Assembly: GCA_964016885.1 (NCBI GenBank)
Contig: CAXHJY010001022.1
Span: forward strand, 1 to 64,000
Direction: 5' to 3'
Source of the DNA: Eledone cirrhosa
Lineage: Eukaryota
DNA length: 64,000 bases
Shown here piece by piece: positions 62,949-64,000 of the stretch. A program made the translations under genes and the position numbers. The first letter of the stretch is position 1. Each line of letters begins with the position of its first letter. The notes beneath the pieces are model-generated. The model did not search any database and had not been told where the DNA came from. It worked only from the letters and a program-made list of their open reading frames with translations.

Positions 62949-63372
62949 CCTTGTCTGGCTTTCTGGAGAATAGGGGGAAGGTGTTCCCCCGAAAAACCAA
63001 TGTGACTCTAAAAACCGGTTTGTCTGTGTGTTTACATACAGAATAGCTGGGCCGCTCACTGTAAAGCGACCAGTGAAAGACTTGGTACACCTACATATGT
63101 ATACGTGTGTGTATTCATATACACACTAGTATTTCAGTATGCATATGTAGATGTACATTTTTAACTTAATTGTTTAAGCGTCAGTCATACAAAAGTGAGT
63201 TACAAACGAAACGAAATTTAATTTCGTTTCGTTATTTGTTTTTTATCGTCTCCGCTGAACCGGTGCGTACTCACACTCTATGCAAATTAGTCTGCCCACT
63301 ACTGATTTTCATAGAAAAAGCATATAACGATATGTGCTTTTACAATTCTCCAGAAAGGCCGGTAGATAGGTA

Positions 63373-63417
63373 AATATTGCTGATGAGTTGTAACAACAAC
63401 GAAACTAGTTCAATATT
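63373..63417 (+). ncRNA. Type I hammerhead (S2)
   Basis: Same motif as 61966-62010. Confidence 0.88.
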
Positions 63418-63634
63418 CCTTGTCTGGCTTTCTGGAGAATAGGGGGAAGGTGTTCCCCCGAAAAACCAGTGTGACTCTAAAAACCGGTTTGTCTGTGTGT
63501 TTACATACAGAATAGCTGGGCCGCTCACTGTAAAGCGACCAGTGAAAGACTTGGTACACCTACATATGTATACGTGTGTGTATTCATATACACACTAGTA
63601 TTTCAGTATGCATATGTAGATGTACATTTTTAAC

Positions 63635-63689
<55 letters not shown>

Positions 63690-63716
63690 ATTATATATAA
63701 ATATATATATATATAT

Positions 63717-64000
63717 GGGTATGACATTAAACTACATCCAGTGGCAAGGCTCCAGTTCGGGAGTTCAGGGGATGTGGGGAATGTGGAGTCACCCCTTAGT
63801 TGTCATGACTCCCAGGTCTGCCCTGGCCCGGGGTGGTAGTACCTGTTAGGGCTCCGTTTATGGGTTAAATAACTACCTTATTCGAGTGGCGCCGGTAAGG
63901 TATTGTCAGCCATCGAAAAGAAATATGGAGAGTCGATCTAACAGCACTAGGGTTAGAGCCCCTAATTATACTGTCAAGGACCAGCCTGGTCGTTATGACT
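63717..64000 (+). mobile_element. Probable cephalopod SINE-type interspersed repeat (truncated by window end)
   Basis: tatgacattaaactacatcc...ggggaatgtggagt...actcccaggtc...gtggtagtacctgttaggg resembles an abundant octopus repeat (from memory, not verified). Confidence 0.45.

Larger units (their letters stand above)
60339..63642 (+). repeat. S2 tandem array: 469 bp HHR units; ~1.9 inverted units then ~5.1 direct units
   Basis: Period 469 (ORF track recurs at 61294, 61763, 62232, 62701, 63170); inversion point ~61225. Confidence 0.95.

Noticed and set aside
60457-63528. Repeated 62-72 aa ORFs in S2 (and 67 aa MDYIC ORFs in family E pLTRs)
   Set aside because: Non-ATG starts, overlap the ribozyme, not conserved in S1; they recur only because of the repeat

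Overview
Gene-free, extremely AT-rich animal DNA, most likely cephalopod (octopus-like, inferred only from recalled SINE sequences). It is a nest of retroelements embedded in kilobase-long imperfect (TA)n tracts. At least seven different Penelope-like elements (PLEs) retain coding sequence of the Naiad type: RT with a GLYRDDG motif, a CxC-CPL-C linker and a C-terminal GIY-YIG endonuclease. One, at 17.1-21.4 kb, is intact apart from a single extra A. Reading by eye, I find about 35-40 type I hammerhead ribozyme (HHR) motifs from about 16 sequence families, several with unusually large branched stem II domains. The most striking feature is two distantly related non-coding tandem repeat families (442/470 bp and 469 bp units). 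Each unit carries an HHR with covarying stems, preceded by a conserved octamer (ATGCAAAT) and a PSE-like box, and the arrays show the same (TA)n targeting and 5' inversion as the PLEs. They are candidate self-promoting, self-cleaving retrozyme satellites mobilised by Naiad PLEs. Also present are tRNA-derived SINEs, a non-autonomous Helitron, a foldback/MITE, an inverted RTE-like LINE fragment and a probable mariner remnant. All IY-repeat ORFs are microsatellite artefacts. Coordinates were read manually and may be off by a few bases.
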